The notes under the pieces are model-generated. The model saw nothing but the letters and a program-made list of their open reading frames with translations, searched no databases and had not been told where the DNA came from. Below, one piece after another: positions 9,057 through 18,957 of a stretch of DNA of 64,000 nt. A program made the translations under genes and the position numbers. Position 1 is the stretch's first letter. Each line of letters starts with the position of its first letter. Source of the stretch: Verrucomicrobiota bacterium (lineage in GTDB: Bacteria > Verrucomicrobiota > Verrucomicrobiia > Limisphaerales > AAA164-E04); NCBI GenBank assembly GCA_047947115.1, contig CP170459.1, positions 4,032,001-4,096,000 of the forward strand. Direction: 5' to 3'.

Positions 9057-9123
9057 CACGTGATTCCATTATCGCTATTTTTGCTTTGCCTTTTGCCGGA
9101 TTTGGTCAAGAGTTTGACAAGTT

Positions 9124-10032
9124 ATGAAGCATCTATTTCTCAAACAAAATCTGATGGGCTGGATCTTTGGCATCGTCTCATTCTTAGGCATGGCCTTATC
9201 TTCGGATATTCAAGCAGGCGACCGAAATACGCCTATCAAGGTCATGAGTTTCAATATTCGTTATGGAGCCGCCAATGATGGTGAAAACAGCTGGAAACAT
9301 CGTGATTACCTCGTCCTGGAAACCATTCAGAACTATGGTCCGGATCTGATAGGATACCAGGAAGCCCTTAAATTCCAGGTCGATTTCCTTAAGCAAAACC
9401 TCAAAGGCTATGGTTTTCACGGAATCGGCCGTGACAAGGGCACTGAAGAAGGTGAATACGTGCCCGTGATGTGGAAGATGGACCGGTTTGAACTGGTCGA
9501 TTCCGGACACTTCTGGCTAAGTGAAACACCAGAAATTCCCGGTAGTGTCAGTTGGGATTCCTCCCTGACCCGCATGCTATCCTGGGTGGTCCTCCGGGAC
9601 AAAAAAGCGGTTGGCTACCAGAAGGAATTGGTTTTTGCCAACACCCACTTTGATCATCGGGGCAATCAAGCCCGCTTGGAATCAGCCAAGTTGATTCGTC
9701 AACGTGCGGAGGAAATCATGAACGACATCCCCATCATCCTGACAGGCGACTTCAACACCACCGAAGATCTGGCGCCGTATGCCGCTCTCTGCAAAGCGGA
9801 AGGTTTTAACGGGAAACCGCTCGTGGACGCATTTCGAGTGATTCATCCCGAAGTTTCTGACAACGAGCGTTCCTTCGGCGCATGGGTTGGCCGAAGGGAT
9901 GGAAAACGAATCGATTGGATCCTGCACACCGACGATTTCGTGACGCTTAACGCAGCTATCAACTACACGCAGGATGCTGGCCGTTATCCATCCGATCACT
10001 ATCCGGTAGAAGCGATCGTCCGTTTAAAGTAG
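9124..10032 (+). CDS. Secreted endonuclease/exonuclease/phosphatase (EEP) family protein
   Basis: SFNIRY, QE, NTHFDH, GDFN, IDWI and SDHYP motifs; signal peptide. Confidence 0.9.
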   Translation: MKHLFLKQNLMGWIFGIVSFLGMALSSDIQAGDRNTPIKVMSFNIRYGAANDGENSWKHRDYLVLETIQNYGPDLIGYQEALKFQVDFLKQNLKGYGFHGIGRDKGTEEGEYVPVMWKMDRFELVDSGHFWLSETPEIPGSVSWDSSLTRMLSWVVLRDKKAVGYQKELVFANTHFDHRGNQARLESAKLIRQRAEEIMNDIPIILTGDFNTTEDLAPYAALCKAEGFNGKPLVDAFRVIHPEVSDNERSFGAWVGRRDGKRIDWILHTDDFVTLNAAINYTQDAGRYPSDHYPVEAIVRLK

Positions 10033-10069
10033 ATCCATCCATCAAAAAAAGAAATCATACGCGAACTTA

Positions 10070-11431
10070 ATGAGTGTTGAGCGGGAAGTCAGCCGTAAGG
10101 CTTTGGAAATATACGATCGTGACCTGAGGCCATTGGCTGAAAAGTTGGCCTTTGAACTGCCTGTTCGAGCCAAGGAGCCGCCGGGCTTGCCGAATGTCCT
10201 TTTTCTTGGAAATCATTCCTCTGGAAAATCATCATTCATCAATCACCTGCTCGAAACGGATGTGCAGAAAACAGGCCTGGCTCCGACCGATGACGGTTTC
10301 ACCATCCTGTGTCACGGCGAGCAGAAAGACACCTTTGACGGGCAAACGGTCACCACCCACCCGTCACTTCCCCTCCGAAATCTAAACCGGCTTGGCCCTG
10401 CTTTTATATCCAGACTCAAGCTCAAAACCCTCCCCAACCCCCTGCTCAAATCATTTGCCTTGATTGATAGTCCGGGAATGATTGATGCGATCGGCGCTGC
10501 GAATACGCGTGAGTATGACTTTGCTTCCGGGGTTCGATTCTTTGCCGAAAAGGCGGATTTGATCCTGTTCTTCTTCGATCCGGACAAACCCGGAACGACG
10601 GCGGAAACGATCAGCATCCTGACCCAGACCCTGGCGGGTTTGGAGTACAAACTTTTGATCATCCTGAACAAGGTCGACCTGTTTCAAAATATCCGCGACT
10701 TTGCGCGCACCTACGGGACCTTGAGCTGGAACCTGTCGAAGGCGATTCGCACCAAGGATATCCCCCACATTTTCAACATATACCTGCCCGAACACAGGAA
10801 ATCGGTCAGTGAACATGGCATATCCAGCATTCCCTTGCAGGACTTTGATGCATCACGTTCCGAGGTGCTTGAGGAAATTCGTCGCACGCCGACACGCCGG
10901 GCAGACAACGTGGTCAGCGATTTGATCCATGCCGGCCGGCGTTTGGTGATGCATGCCAAATTGTGCAACACCATCAGTCTGGACTACCGTAAAATACAGA
11001 TGAAGTGGATGGGTATATCAACGGCGGTCCTAGCGGCCGGCATTGTCTCAACATGGGGGGCGATGCAGATCTGGCCGGGATGGGAAATCGCTTCAAGTGT
11101 TGCCACGGTTTTCCTGTTGGCAACGGCTGGTTGTTGGTTCTGGGGGCGATGGCTATTGAAGCAATTCGTTGGAAAATTGCATGAGTATGCGACATTGGAC
11201 CAGATGTTTGCGGACACCTTCCGCAACGAATTGGCGCTTCAGGATCGGACCGATTTGAATGCCATGTGGTCCGGATTAAAAGAAACGGCACGCAAAACAT
11301 TCAGCGTACTTTCGCCAAGGGATGTTCCCAATTTCTTTTCCATGAGCCGATCCATTCGCAAACTGGAGCATTTGATGGAAGATGATATTCCGAAACTGAG
11401 ACGGTCCATCAATCAGGGAACGGAGGATTAA
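10070..11431 (+). CDS. Dynamin-family EHD-like NTPase with C-terminal transmembrane hairpin
   Basis: G1 GNHSSGKS, G2 APTDD, G3 DSPG, G4 NKVD; two hydrophobic helices around aa 313-360. Confidence 0.8.
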   Translation: MSVEREVSRKALEIYDRDLRPLAEKLAFELPVRAKEPPGLPNVLFLGNHSSGKSSFINHLLETDVQKTGLAPTDDGFTILCHGEQKDTFDGQTVTTHPSLPLRNLNRLGPAFISRLKLKTLPNPLLKSFALIDSPGMIDAIGAANTREYDFASGVRFFAEKADLILFFFDPDKPGTTAETISILTQTLAGLEYKLLIILNKVDLFQNIRDFARTYGTLSWNLSKAIRTKDIPHIFNIYLPEHRKSVSEHGISSIPLQDFDASRSEVLEEIRRTPTRRADNVVSDLIHAGRRLVMHAKLCNTISLDYRKIQMKWMGISTAVLAAGIVSTWGAMQIWPGWEIASSVATVFLLATAGCWFWGRWLLKQFVGKLHEYATLDQMFADTFRNELALQDRTDLNAMWSGLKETARKTFSVLSPRDVPNFFSMSRSIRKLEHLMEDDIPKLRRSINQGTED

Positions 11432-12234
11432 CCTGCAAAAAACTGCGGGAAACGCTGCATCAGAGAACCGGCGATCATCACCAAAGCCACCAGTGCCACG
11501 ATGGAAAGCACAATCCACAACCAGAAACCTGGGGGTAAACTTACAGGGGCGCCGTAGTGGCCAACTTCCTTGTGGCGGTATAATCTCAACCCGAGGTAGA
11601 GGATGATCAGAGAACTGAAGACCAACATCGGAAAACTGAATTGTCCATTGGCTTCATGCCACCACCATTCCTCTGCCAGCACACCAGCATACAGGATTCC
11701 CATGGTGCATACCAGGCTCCAGAACCAGCTCGTGAAAAGAATAAACCGACGTCTCACGACACTGGATACCACAAAGGAAATGCAAAACACATTGAAAGGC
11801 ATGGCCATCACCAGTCCATAGAGCAATCCGGGTTTCAGCACAGGAGCCGGTTCCATTAAACCGGCGTCCAGAAAAAAACGTTTCAAGGTGGCCTGCCAAT
11901 CCAGGCCCAGGACCATGAAATCCAGTCCGACAAACATCAACAAAGTCGATCCCGACACAGCCAAGCGTGCAAGGTAACGATCGGAACGGGTCGCGGGCAA
12001 TGAAAAGGTGAACTCCTCGCAATCATCCACAGCATCCGATCCACCATAAGCGGGACCGGCAACCAACGCGTAAAGGAAAGAAATGACCATGACCCAACCC
12101 GGGTGGGTAAACAGCGGGATCACCCATGCAGCGCCCAGCCAAAGTACAAGAAAGACGAGCAGCAAGCGACTGTGAGCAAACCATTCAGCCCACAACAGCC
12201 CGTAGAAAAAGGAGAATCTGCGCTGAACCGTCAT
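11428..12234 (-). CDS. ABC-2 type permease (Ytr-like)
   Basis: Multiple TM helices; EFTFSLPATR…YLAR motif; last gene of the GntR-ABC operon. Confidence 0.75.
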   Translation of the reverse strand: MTVQRRFSFFYGLLWAEWFAHSRLLLVFLVLWLGAAWVIPLFTHPGWVMVISFLYALVAGPAYGGSDAVDDCEEFTFSLPATRSDRYLARLAVSGSTLLMFVGLDFMVLGLDWQATLKRFFLDAGLMEPAPVLKPGLLYGLVMAMPFNVFCISFVVSSVVRRRFILFTSWFWSLVCTMGILYAGVLAEEWWWHEANGQFSFPMLVFSSLIILYLGLRLYRHKEVGHYGAPVSLPPGFWLWIVLSIVALVALVMIAGSLMQRFPQFFAG

Positions 12235-13106
12235 GGAATTTCGGGAAGATTATTGGTCGACAAAGGATCATCCATGAACAAGGCCCAGGGAAATTCAGGA
12301 GTAAAAGCAACCCGTGAAGCTGAGACATTATCTGAGTCAGATTCTGCTGGAGGGGCAAACCCAGGACTTTCCGGGCCGGCCATGGAGGCTGCGGGGGCCG
12401 CATCAAAGGAGGCGGTTTCTTGTTCAGGACGCGACCAGAAAACTTCACGGCGGACAACCGCTCCATCCAGTTGTGCTCGGAGCACCAGTCCCTCGTAATC
12501 CAACATGGAAGGGAATTCGGGATCAGGGCGTCCGATGCCATGCAACTGACAGGCCGCCAATCCTGCATGAGGCCCGGATTTCACGATGCGATTCCAAGCC
12601 CAGTCATCCCAGGGTAACGGATAAAGATAAGAATACGTATTGGTCGCTTCCAGCCCCGTCATATTCGGCTGAACAAGGTTCCCCCAGTTCCCTTTTGGAT
12701 CCTCAAGGCATTTCAACACCTTGGGACTTCCCAGATAACGTGCCGCCAGCAATTGATCCCAGGTGTGGGGACGGCGTCCGTAATCATCCTGGTAAGTGGT
12801 GAAAGCAATGGCGATCTGCCGTAAATTGGAAATGGATCCCACGATACGAGATTTCTTTTTTGCAGTGGAAAGAGCACTCATTAAAAGCGTGGCCAGAATT
12901 CCGATGATGGCCAGAACCGTGAGCAATTCGACCAATGTGAAGCCCGTGCGCTGCTTCAATCTCCTGGGTGGTCGGTTCCGGTTTCTTCCCATGGTGCCAA
13001 GTGGTTTTGTGGATTTGCACGCACGTGGCCGTTCCCCAAGTTGAGTAGCGATCTTGGGGGAACGGCCGTTTGGCGTCGTGCGGTTATTTTGACAGAATAG
13101 ATTCAA
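12231..13106 (-). CDS. Prepilin-type N-terminal cleavage/methylation domain protein (start may be ATG 12992)
   Basis: G|FTLVELLTVLAIIGILATLL…SNLRQI motif; ATGA overlap with the permease. Confidence 0.85.
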   Translation of the reverse strand: MNLFCQNNRTTPNGRSPKIATQLGERPRACKSTKPLGTMGRNRNRPPRRLKQRTGFTLVELLTVLAIIGILATLLMSALSTAKKKSRIVGSISNLRQIAIAFTTYQDDYGRRPHTWDQLLAARYLGSPKVLKCLEDPKGNWGNLVQPNMTGLEATNTYSYLYPLPWDDWAWNRIVKSGPHAGLAACQLHGIGRPDPEFPSMLDYEGLVLRAQLDGAVVRREVFWSRPEQETASFDAAPAASMAGPESPGFAPPAESDSDNVSASRVAFTPEFPWALFMDDPLSTNNLPEIP

Positions 13107-13118
13107 ATCATCGTTTTC

Positions 13119-16100
13119 TTATTCGGGCAACGGTGTCGGAACAGGTGTCGGATCAGTTGGCAGGGAGCCCATCCAGCCCCGCAACATATCCACCAGTTCC
13201 ATCATGGACTCAGGAGGCCTTCCGAACTCAAAAGTCACCTTGTATTCCTTATCGCCCTGAGTGATGGATACCCACTCTGCTCCACCGTCGGCACAATCCG
13301 GACAACCAATGACTTCTTTGTAACTTTCTATCTCAGAAGTCTCGGCCAACTGCAGCAGATGTTCCCACTCATCCTGACTGATTTCCATGGATTCCTTGAT
13401 GGGCGGGTATTCATCCTGTCTGCTGCTTGCCGACAGGATGATGGTTTGATTTTCCGCGCTCAATTCCCTGGTGCAATATCCGAAACAAAAACCGAAACTG
13501 CTTCCATATCCGATACGAGTCACATCGCTGGGCTCTACAACAACGCCGTAACGATCAAGTGTTTTCAGCAGAGCATCACGCAAGGTGGACACTTCATCCT
13601 GCCAGGCAGGTATTCGGAAGGTTTGCCCTACCGCGTTGATCTCAATCCATTCGGTGCCGGGACAATCCAGGCAAATGGCCAATTCCTGCGCAGCCAGTGT
13701 CTGCACGACGCGCCAATCAACCAGGCCGGTCACGGATTCCCACTCCCCCTTGGTCGTTCGTTCGGAATGGTTCCGGGGACGTACTTGCCCTTTTGGATCG
13801 CTCAGATACCAATTGATATTGCGCACATTCATGTTCAGCTCTCGTCGACACAAACCTTCACAATCCTCTTCCACACGCACATAACGAATGGAATTCACGG
13901 TGGGTTCCGGAGCTTCATATTGATTTCTCATCTTACGCATCAAATCGATCAGAGGCTGGATGGATTCTATTTCGGCCCCAAATTCAAAGGTGACACGATG
14001 CTTCCTTCCGGAAACAGCCACTTCTATCCACTCGGCACCCCCGTCGGCACAGTCGGGACAACCCATGGTTTCAGGAAGTTGAGAAAAAGTATCCCAATCG
14101 ACGGCCTTCAACAGATCATTCCATCCTGTCCCTCCGTAGGTGTATTGTCTGTAAGGAGGATAGGACCCATCTCTTGCAACAGCCACGAAGGCGGTGCGGT
14201 TGGGTTCCACATAAATGGAATTGTCACAATACCCCAGGCACTCACCAAATGTGGACCCTCCGGCCACTCTGACAACGGGGGCCTGGATTTCATGAGGAGA
14301 AAGTCTGTCGGCCCCATAATCAAAGGCGGGGATCCAAAGATGGTTTTCATCGTCTATCAGCGTTCCGGGCAGGTTGAATCCATAACAACCAAAGGGCTGA
14401 TACAAACTCGTCAATGCCATGGACCCGTCGCTGGACAGATCAAACTTCCAGACGTCCTGACCTTGTCGCAACAGCAGTGAATCACTTGTCAGATGAAATT
14501 CATAGGCGGCAAATGGAAGTGACCAGACATCCCCAACCTGTTCGAACTTTCCGGATTGGTTCACCATCCAGTTGCTGATGGTGTAAAGCTCAGGGATGGG
14601 ATTTGCCTGGCTGGTTGATTGATCCAAACGCACCTGACCTGCAATCACCAGCCCATCACCTGTCACCGTAGCAATGTGTGGCCACTGGTCCGAAAATGGA
14701 ATCGAATCGACCAGATGAGCCCCGACACCATCGTAGGCCAGGGCGTCCAACCATTCACGATGGTCGGTTGCCAATGTTTCCGAATCATAGTGAACACCCT
14801 GGGTAATCAGGACACTGCCGTCATGAGAGATGCCCTGAAGGGTTCCAGAAAGACTGATGGCTGGTCTCGGTGTTGGATGAACCGGATCCACATAATCAAT
14901 CACAGACAAGAAATACTTCTGAACCCAGCGATTCACCGGCACTGGATTGGTATTGTTGTCTGGCAACAATTCTTCGTATTCGTTTTTCTGGTAACTGACG
15001 TAGATTTTGCCCCCGGCAGAAAATGCGTCGGAAAAATTCCAGACTTCGTCGACATCCAGATCGAAGAACGACAGAAACTTGACTTCTGCAGCGGTATCAA
15101 ATGCGATGAACTTGGCTCCGGATGACATGGGCCAGGGAGCGATGTCGGCGATCAATGCATCCTCAATAAAAGGCCCACCCCATCTCCAGAACCAATATTC
15201 CTGTGAGGACTGCCAGACGAGCGTGTGGCTATTGATCCATAAAGGATTCATATCTGTTCCCACGACAGGTTCCTCCAATTCCACTGTTTCCTCGCTCAAA
15301 ATGTTCATTTCAGGCAATTGACTCAAATCTACAGCTTTGGTGGTAAATGTGTATACCATCGAAGCAATATCCTCTTTTTCCGCAACCGGCACAGGAATCC
15401 CCTGATTGGATGATTGTGCCAAATAAAGGACGTCCCCTTGTATGACCGATCCCACCACGGGTTGATCACCTAAATTCAGGGTGCTCAGTATTTGGAAATC
15501 GGAATCGGTTTTTCCTACGCGCAGGGCGGATTTTGTAGCGTTCCAAGCCGATGAATCAGCCAATTGAAGCACATAATCCCCATGAGCAAACACGTGATCC
15601 ACACGCCAGGAAAGCACCAACTCTGAAAGCAGATCCAAGTTATCACGATCACCGGCATCCACTGACAATAAACTTTTGCCAGAAAGAGACAGGATGACAT
15701 CATCTTTCAGAGTTGAGCGTCTGGGGGCGACCTCGTGCTGGATGATACCGCGTTTGTTCAGCTCGTCTCCGTCCAACTCAATGAGCTGAACTCCCGTAGT
15801 TGATTGGCTCTCTTCATACGATTGAAAAGGAACCATAATCAAGCCGGCATCCGGTATCCAGCCAAACGCCTTTTCATCCGAATTCGCTTCACTCCAGCTG
15901 TGGTTGGTTCCAATGGGGACGCGGCTCAACAGGCCGGGATTGGCCGGATCCGCGACATCAAACAAGGAGACCGCCACACGCCATCCATCGACGTTGTCGA
16001 TACCGATGCTGAGCAATCGATCGCCCAAAGGCTGAATGTAGGTCGACCAACCTGGAACTTCCAGTTCACCGGCAATAGTCGGATTGCGAGGGTCGGACAA

Positions 16101-17471
16101 GTCGACCACCCAAAGTGGGTCTATTTGGAAAAATGTCACGATGTAAGCTTTGTCGCCATCAAAGCGAGTGGCATGTAGACGTTCGTTTTTGCCCAAGGTG
16201 ACCGAACCCAATTTCTCTGGTTTCTCAGGATTGGTGAGATCAAATGTTTCCAATTCGGTCACAACCGGACGCCCCTGCAATTCGCTGATCACCCTCAGGA
16301 CATCATTGTTCACATCGATCTTGAACTTGTCGATAATGCGCCCGGCTGGACGAATCACGCTGAGTTCCCTCATAGCGCCGTCGGGCTGGCTGATATCAAT
16401 GATATTCAACGTCGAATTCCAACGCTCCGTGCTTCCATATCCGTTAGTGGATACAAATAATAAGTCCGAAGTTGCCTGTATCACATTTTGAAACCCTGGA
16501 ACCCAGAAATTATCTTTTTCCACGGGCGCCATCGGATCGGAGAGGTCAAAAGACGTCACTTGTGATCCATATTCCCATATGGTTTCAGGTCCATTCTTTC
16601 CAGTCACAATTTGGTTGCGGTAAATTTGAGAGGTCACATAAAGCGCGCTCCCCACCAACCGGCTTTCCTGAATGCTTCCATCCAATGGAAGGTCGCTGAT
16701 TTCAACGGGTGTTTCCCCTGTCACATCAACGATCACGAGTCGGCTTTCGGCTCCGTTTCCCCAGTAGGAACAACTGTTGCGGGCCAGCAGGACGGCGTAT
16801 GCGGAGTCCAGCAGATACATTTGTTCACCCGCAGCAGGCAACTCCATTTCCCCCATGAGTCGGGGTTTTTTGGCATCGCTGATATCAATTACCTGTAATC
16901 CGCGATATTGATTGAAGAAATACATGCGATCACCATCGATGCGCCAGATGTCGGATTCGACCACCTCGCGAGCACCGCCTCCATCACCCAACAAATCGTC
17001 TTGCGATTTTTCGGGTGCAGCCACGGGCGCATCAAAATCAACCTGACCATTTTCCGAACCTTCCGGGCCGGCAAAGTCCGAGGCCCCCAGGAAGGCGCTG
17101 GGTTCGAGAGGGGTCTCCCTCTCTGCGCGCAAACGAAGCAACTCGATTTCCTGGGACAAACTCAAATGAAACAAATATTCCCCTTCCTTTCCTTCCGGAT
17201 AAATCACGGCCCGAGGTATCCAGGCCCCCTCGCCCACGCGGGCACGTCCTTCGAGATAAACCTGCTTGAACCCTGCCGGCACATATGCCCGCACGGTAAG
17301 GGCATCCTTCTCCATCTGGGTATCAAGGATTCTTGGTTGATCCTGCAAAGCATTTTGCGCCAAAACAGAGTGGCACGCCAACAACCAAAGCCCGCACAAA
17401 AGTGCAGGTATGGCTCGAAACTGTTCCCCAAACAGTAGTTGACTCGTAGTCTTATACATGGTCCGTTTCAT
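13119..17471 (-). CDS. Large secreted beta-propeller-domain protein with three C-terminal 4-Cys repeats
   Basis: GGAGGT RBS before ATG 17471; signal peptide; VESDIW, ESRLVG, HATRFDGDKAYIVTF-QIDPL, GELEVPGWSTY motifs; repeats containing GCPDCADGGAEW. Confidence 0.8.
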   Translation of the reverse strand: MKRTMYKTTSQLLFGEQFRAIPALLCGLWLLACHSVLAQNALQDQPRILDTQMEKDALTVRAYVPAGFKQVYLEGRARVGEGAWIPRAVIYPEGKEGEYLFHLSLSQEIELLRLRAERETPLEPSAFLGASDFAGPEGSENGQVDFDAPVAAPEKSQDDLLGDGGGAREVVESDIWRIDGDRMYFFNQYRGLQVIDISDAKKPRLMGEMELPAAGEQMYLLDSAYAVLLARNSCSYWGNGAESRLVIVDVTGETPVEISDLPLDGSIQESRLVGSALYVTSQIYRNQIVTGKNGPETIWEYGSQVTSFDLSDPMAPVEKDNFWVPGFQNVIQATSDLLFVSTNGYGSTERWNSTLNIIDISQPDGAMRELSVIRPAGRIIDKFKIDVNNDVLRVISELQGRPVVTELETFDLTNPEKPEKLGSVTLGKNERLHATRFDGDKAYIVTFFQIDPLWVVDLSDPRNPTIAGELEVPGWSTYIQPLGDRLLSIGIDNVDGWRVAVSLFDVADPANPGLLSRVPIGTNHSWSEANSDEKAFGWIPDAGLIMVPFQSYEESQSTTGVQLIELDGDELNKRGIIQHEVAPRRSTLKDDVILSLSGKSLLSVDAGDRDNLDLLSELVLSWRVDHVFAHGDYVLQLADSSAWNATKSALRVGKTDSDFQILSTLNLGDQPVVGSVIQGDVLYLAQSSNQGIPVPVAEKEDIASMVYTFTTKAVDLSQLPEMNILSEETVELEEPVVGTDMNPLWINSHTLVWQSSQEYWFWRWGGPFIEDALIADIAPWPMSSGAKFIAFDTAAEVKFLSFFDLDVDEVWNFSDAFSAGGKIYVSYQKNEYEELLPDNNTNPVPVNRWVQKYFLSVIDYVDPVHPTPRPAISLSGTLQGISHDGSVLITQGVHYDSETLATDHREWLDALAYDGVGAHLVDSIPFSDQWPHIATVTGDGLVIAGQVRLDQSTSQANPIPELYTISNWMVNQSGKFEQVGDVWSLPFAAYEFHLTSDSLLLRQGQDVWKFDLSSDGSMALTSLYQPFGCYGFNLPGTLIDDENHLWIPAFDYGADRLSPHEIQAPVVRVAGGSTFGECLGYCDNSIYVEPNRTAFVAVARDGSYPPYRQYTYGGTGWNDLLKAVDWDTFSQLPETMGCPDCADGGAEWIEVAVSGRKHRVTFEFGAEIESIQPLIDLMRKMRNQYEAPEPTVNSIRYVRVEEDCEGLCRRELNMNVRNINWYLSDPKGQVRPRNHSERTTKGEWESVTGLVDWRVVQTLAAQELAICLDCPGTEWIEINAVGQTFRIPAWQDEVSTLRDALLKTLDRYGVVVEPSDVTRIGYGSSFGFCFGYCTRELSAENQTIILSASSRQDEYPPIKESMEISQDEWEHLLQLAETSEIESYKEVIGCPDCADGGAEWVSITQGDKEYKVTFEFGRPPESMMELVDMLRGWMGSLPTDPTPVPTPLPE

Positions 17472-18432
17472 AATAACCTCCAAATTTTTCATCCACAGGC
17501 ATCGCCTCTTCCGTTGCATGCGATTGCCAATCTTTATTTTCAAATAGTTCCAAAAAAATTTCTTCCAAACTTAAAGGAAAGGACTGCACCCGAATACCGG
17601 GTTGTTTCTCCATTTCCTGAAGCAGGTGTTCCGACTCCAGTTCGCAGATAGCGGTCATCACGGGACCAATGGATTCCTGTCTGATCATACCTGGTACCTT
17701 GAAATTTCTGGGTGGGGCCTCACCTGGAAAAACCACCTGTACTTTCTTCACCCTTTCCTGCAGCTCATCCAACTGCGCGGTACGGGTCAATCTGCCGCGG
17801 TCCATCATGCCCACCTCCTGGGCTATCCTTGCCAGGTCTCCTATATGGTGCGTACTGATCAACATGGTTGTTTCGGGACGCAGTTGGATCAGGTCGATAA
17901 GCAAATCCAACAGTTCACGACGCGCCACGGAGTCCAATCCGGCAGCCGGCTCGTCCAAAATCAGAACCTGGGGCATGGAATGAATCGCCAGCAGGATAGC
18001 CGATTTGCGCTGTTCCCCTCCGGACATTCTTCCCACAGGGATTTCAGTGTTCAGCCCCCATCGTTTGGACAGAACTTTCAACTTGGAATGATCCCAATCT
18101 TCATAAAATGTCCCGACGTAACGCCCCAGGTCGTCCAGACTCATACGCCCCGGCAATTGCTGGTGTTGTGGCACGTACCCTACTCGAGCACGATGGGTTC
18201 GATCTGCCGACCAAAGACACTTGCCCAAAATCATGGAAGCGCCTTGGTCCGGTTTAAGCAGCCCCATCAACAAGCGGAGTGCGGTAGATTTGCCGGCACC
18301 GTTGCGTCCCACCAAACCAAATACCGTTCCCGGGGAGATCTTTAAATCCAACGAACTGACTGCGACCCGATCCCTGGCAAAGGCCTTGGTCAGGTTTCTG
18401 GCTTCAATGGCAGTCAGTGTGTTCATGTTCAA
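17452..18432 (-). CDS. ABC transporter ATP-binding protein (YtrB-like)
   Basis: Walker A GRNGAGKS, signature MSGGE, Walker B LILDEP, H-loop. Confidence 0.95.
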   Translation of the reverse strand: MNMNTLTAIEARNLTKAFARDRVAVSSLDLKISPGTVFGLVGRNGAGKSTALRLLMGLLKPDQGASMILGKCLWSADRTHRARVGYVPQHQQLPGRMSLDDLGRYVGTFYEDWDHSKLKVLSKRWGLNTEIPVGRMSGGEQRKSAILLAIHSMPQVLILDEPAAGLDSVARRELLDLLIDLIQLRPETTMLISTHHIGDLARIAQEVGMMDRGRLTRTAQLDELQERVKKVQVVFPGEAPPRNFKVPGMIRQESIGPVMTAICELESEHLLQEMEKQPGIRVQSFPLSLEEIFLELFENKDWQSHATEEAMPVDEKFGGYYETDHV

Positions 18433-18457
18433 ATTCAGTTCCTGACAGACGACTCGG

Positions 18458-18868
18458 TCATTTGCTTAGAAGTGTTTTTTGCTGTCCCAACGCGATCCAC
18501 TCCTCCTCCACCAGATCCTGCACTTCGGCAAGTTCCATACCCAACTGCTGGGATTCCACAACCAACTGTCGGGCAATGCGCCCCACTTGCACTTTGCGTC
18601 CCGGAATTTGCTTCTTGGTGATCCCCATGCTGACGAATGCCCCTTTGCCTTGTTTCATCTCAATGACGCCTGCATTCTGAAGTTCACTGTAGGCCTTCAC
18701 CACCGTTGCGGGATTCACCGCCAACCGGGTCGCGAGTTCCCGTATGGAAGGAAGTTGATCCCCTCTCGTGAGAGTTCCTGAGGCAATGTAGTGCTTGGTC
18801 TGATCCATCAGTTGCCGGTAAACGGGCAATCCCGAATGAGGATCAATCTGGTAGAACAATGGTTTCAT
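18458..18868 (-). CDS. GntR family regulator, YtrA subfamily
   Basis: PVYRQL…GDQLPSIRELA…VNPATVVKAY…GKGAFV; short C-terminal domain; ATG at 18868. Confidence 0.9.
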   Translation of the reverse strand: MKPLFYQIDPHSGLPVYRQLMDQTKHYIASGTLTRGDQLPSIRELATRLAVNPATVVKAYSELQNAGVIEMKQGKGAFVSMGITKKQIPGRKVQVGRIARQLVVESQQLGMELAEVQDLVEEEWIALGQQKTLLSK

Positions 18869-18890
18869 GGTTACGTTCCTTTTAATTTCG

Positions 18891-18923
18891 GTGTACCGTA
18901 ACACCAGTACACTGAATCGTAAA
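18891..18923 (-). promoter_or_regulatory. YtrA-type palindromic operator overlapping the promoter
   Basis: GTGTAC-N10-GTACAC at 18891-18912; on the minus strand TTTACG-17 bp-TACGGT overlaps it. Confidence 0.7.
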
Positions 18924-18957
18924 GCACTTTTTTGAGCTAATTTACAAGTGGTTTGTA

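Noticed and set aside
13359..14480. 373-aa plus-strand ORF
   Set aside because: Antisense shadow of the beta-propeller gene; no motifs
17602..18345. 247-aa plus-strand ORF
   Set aside because: Antisense to the ABC ATPase
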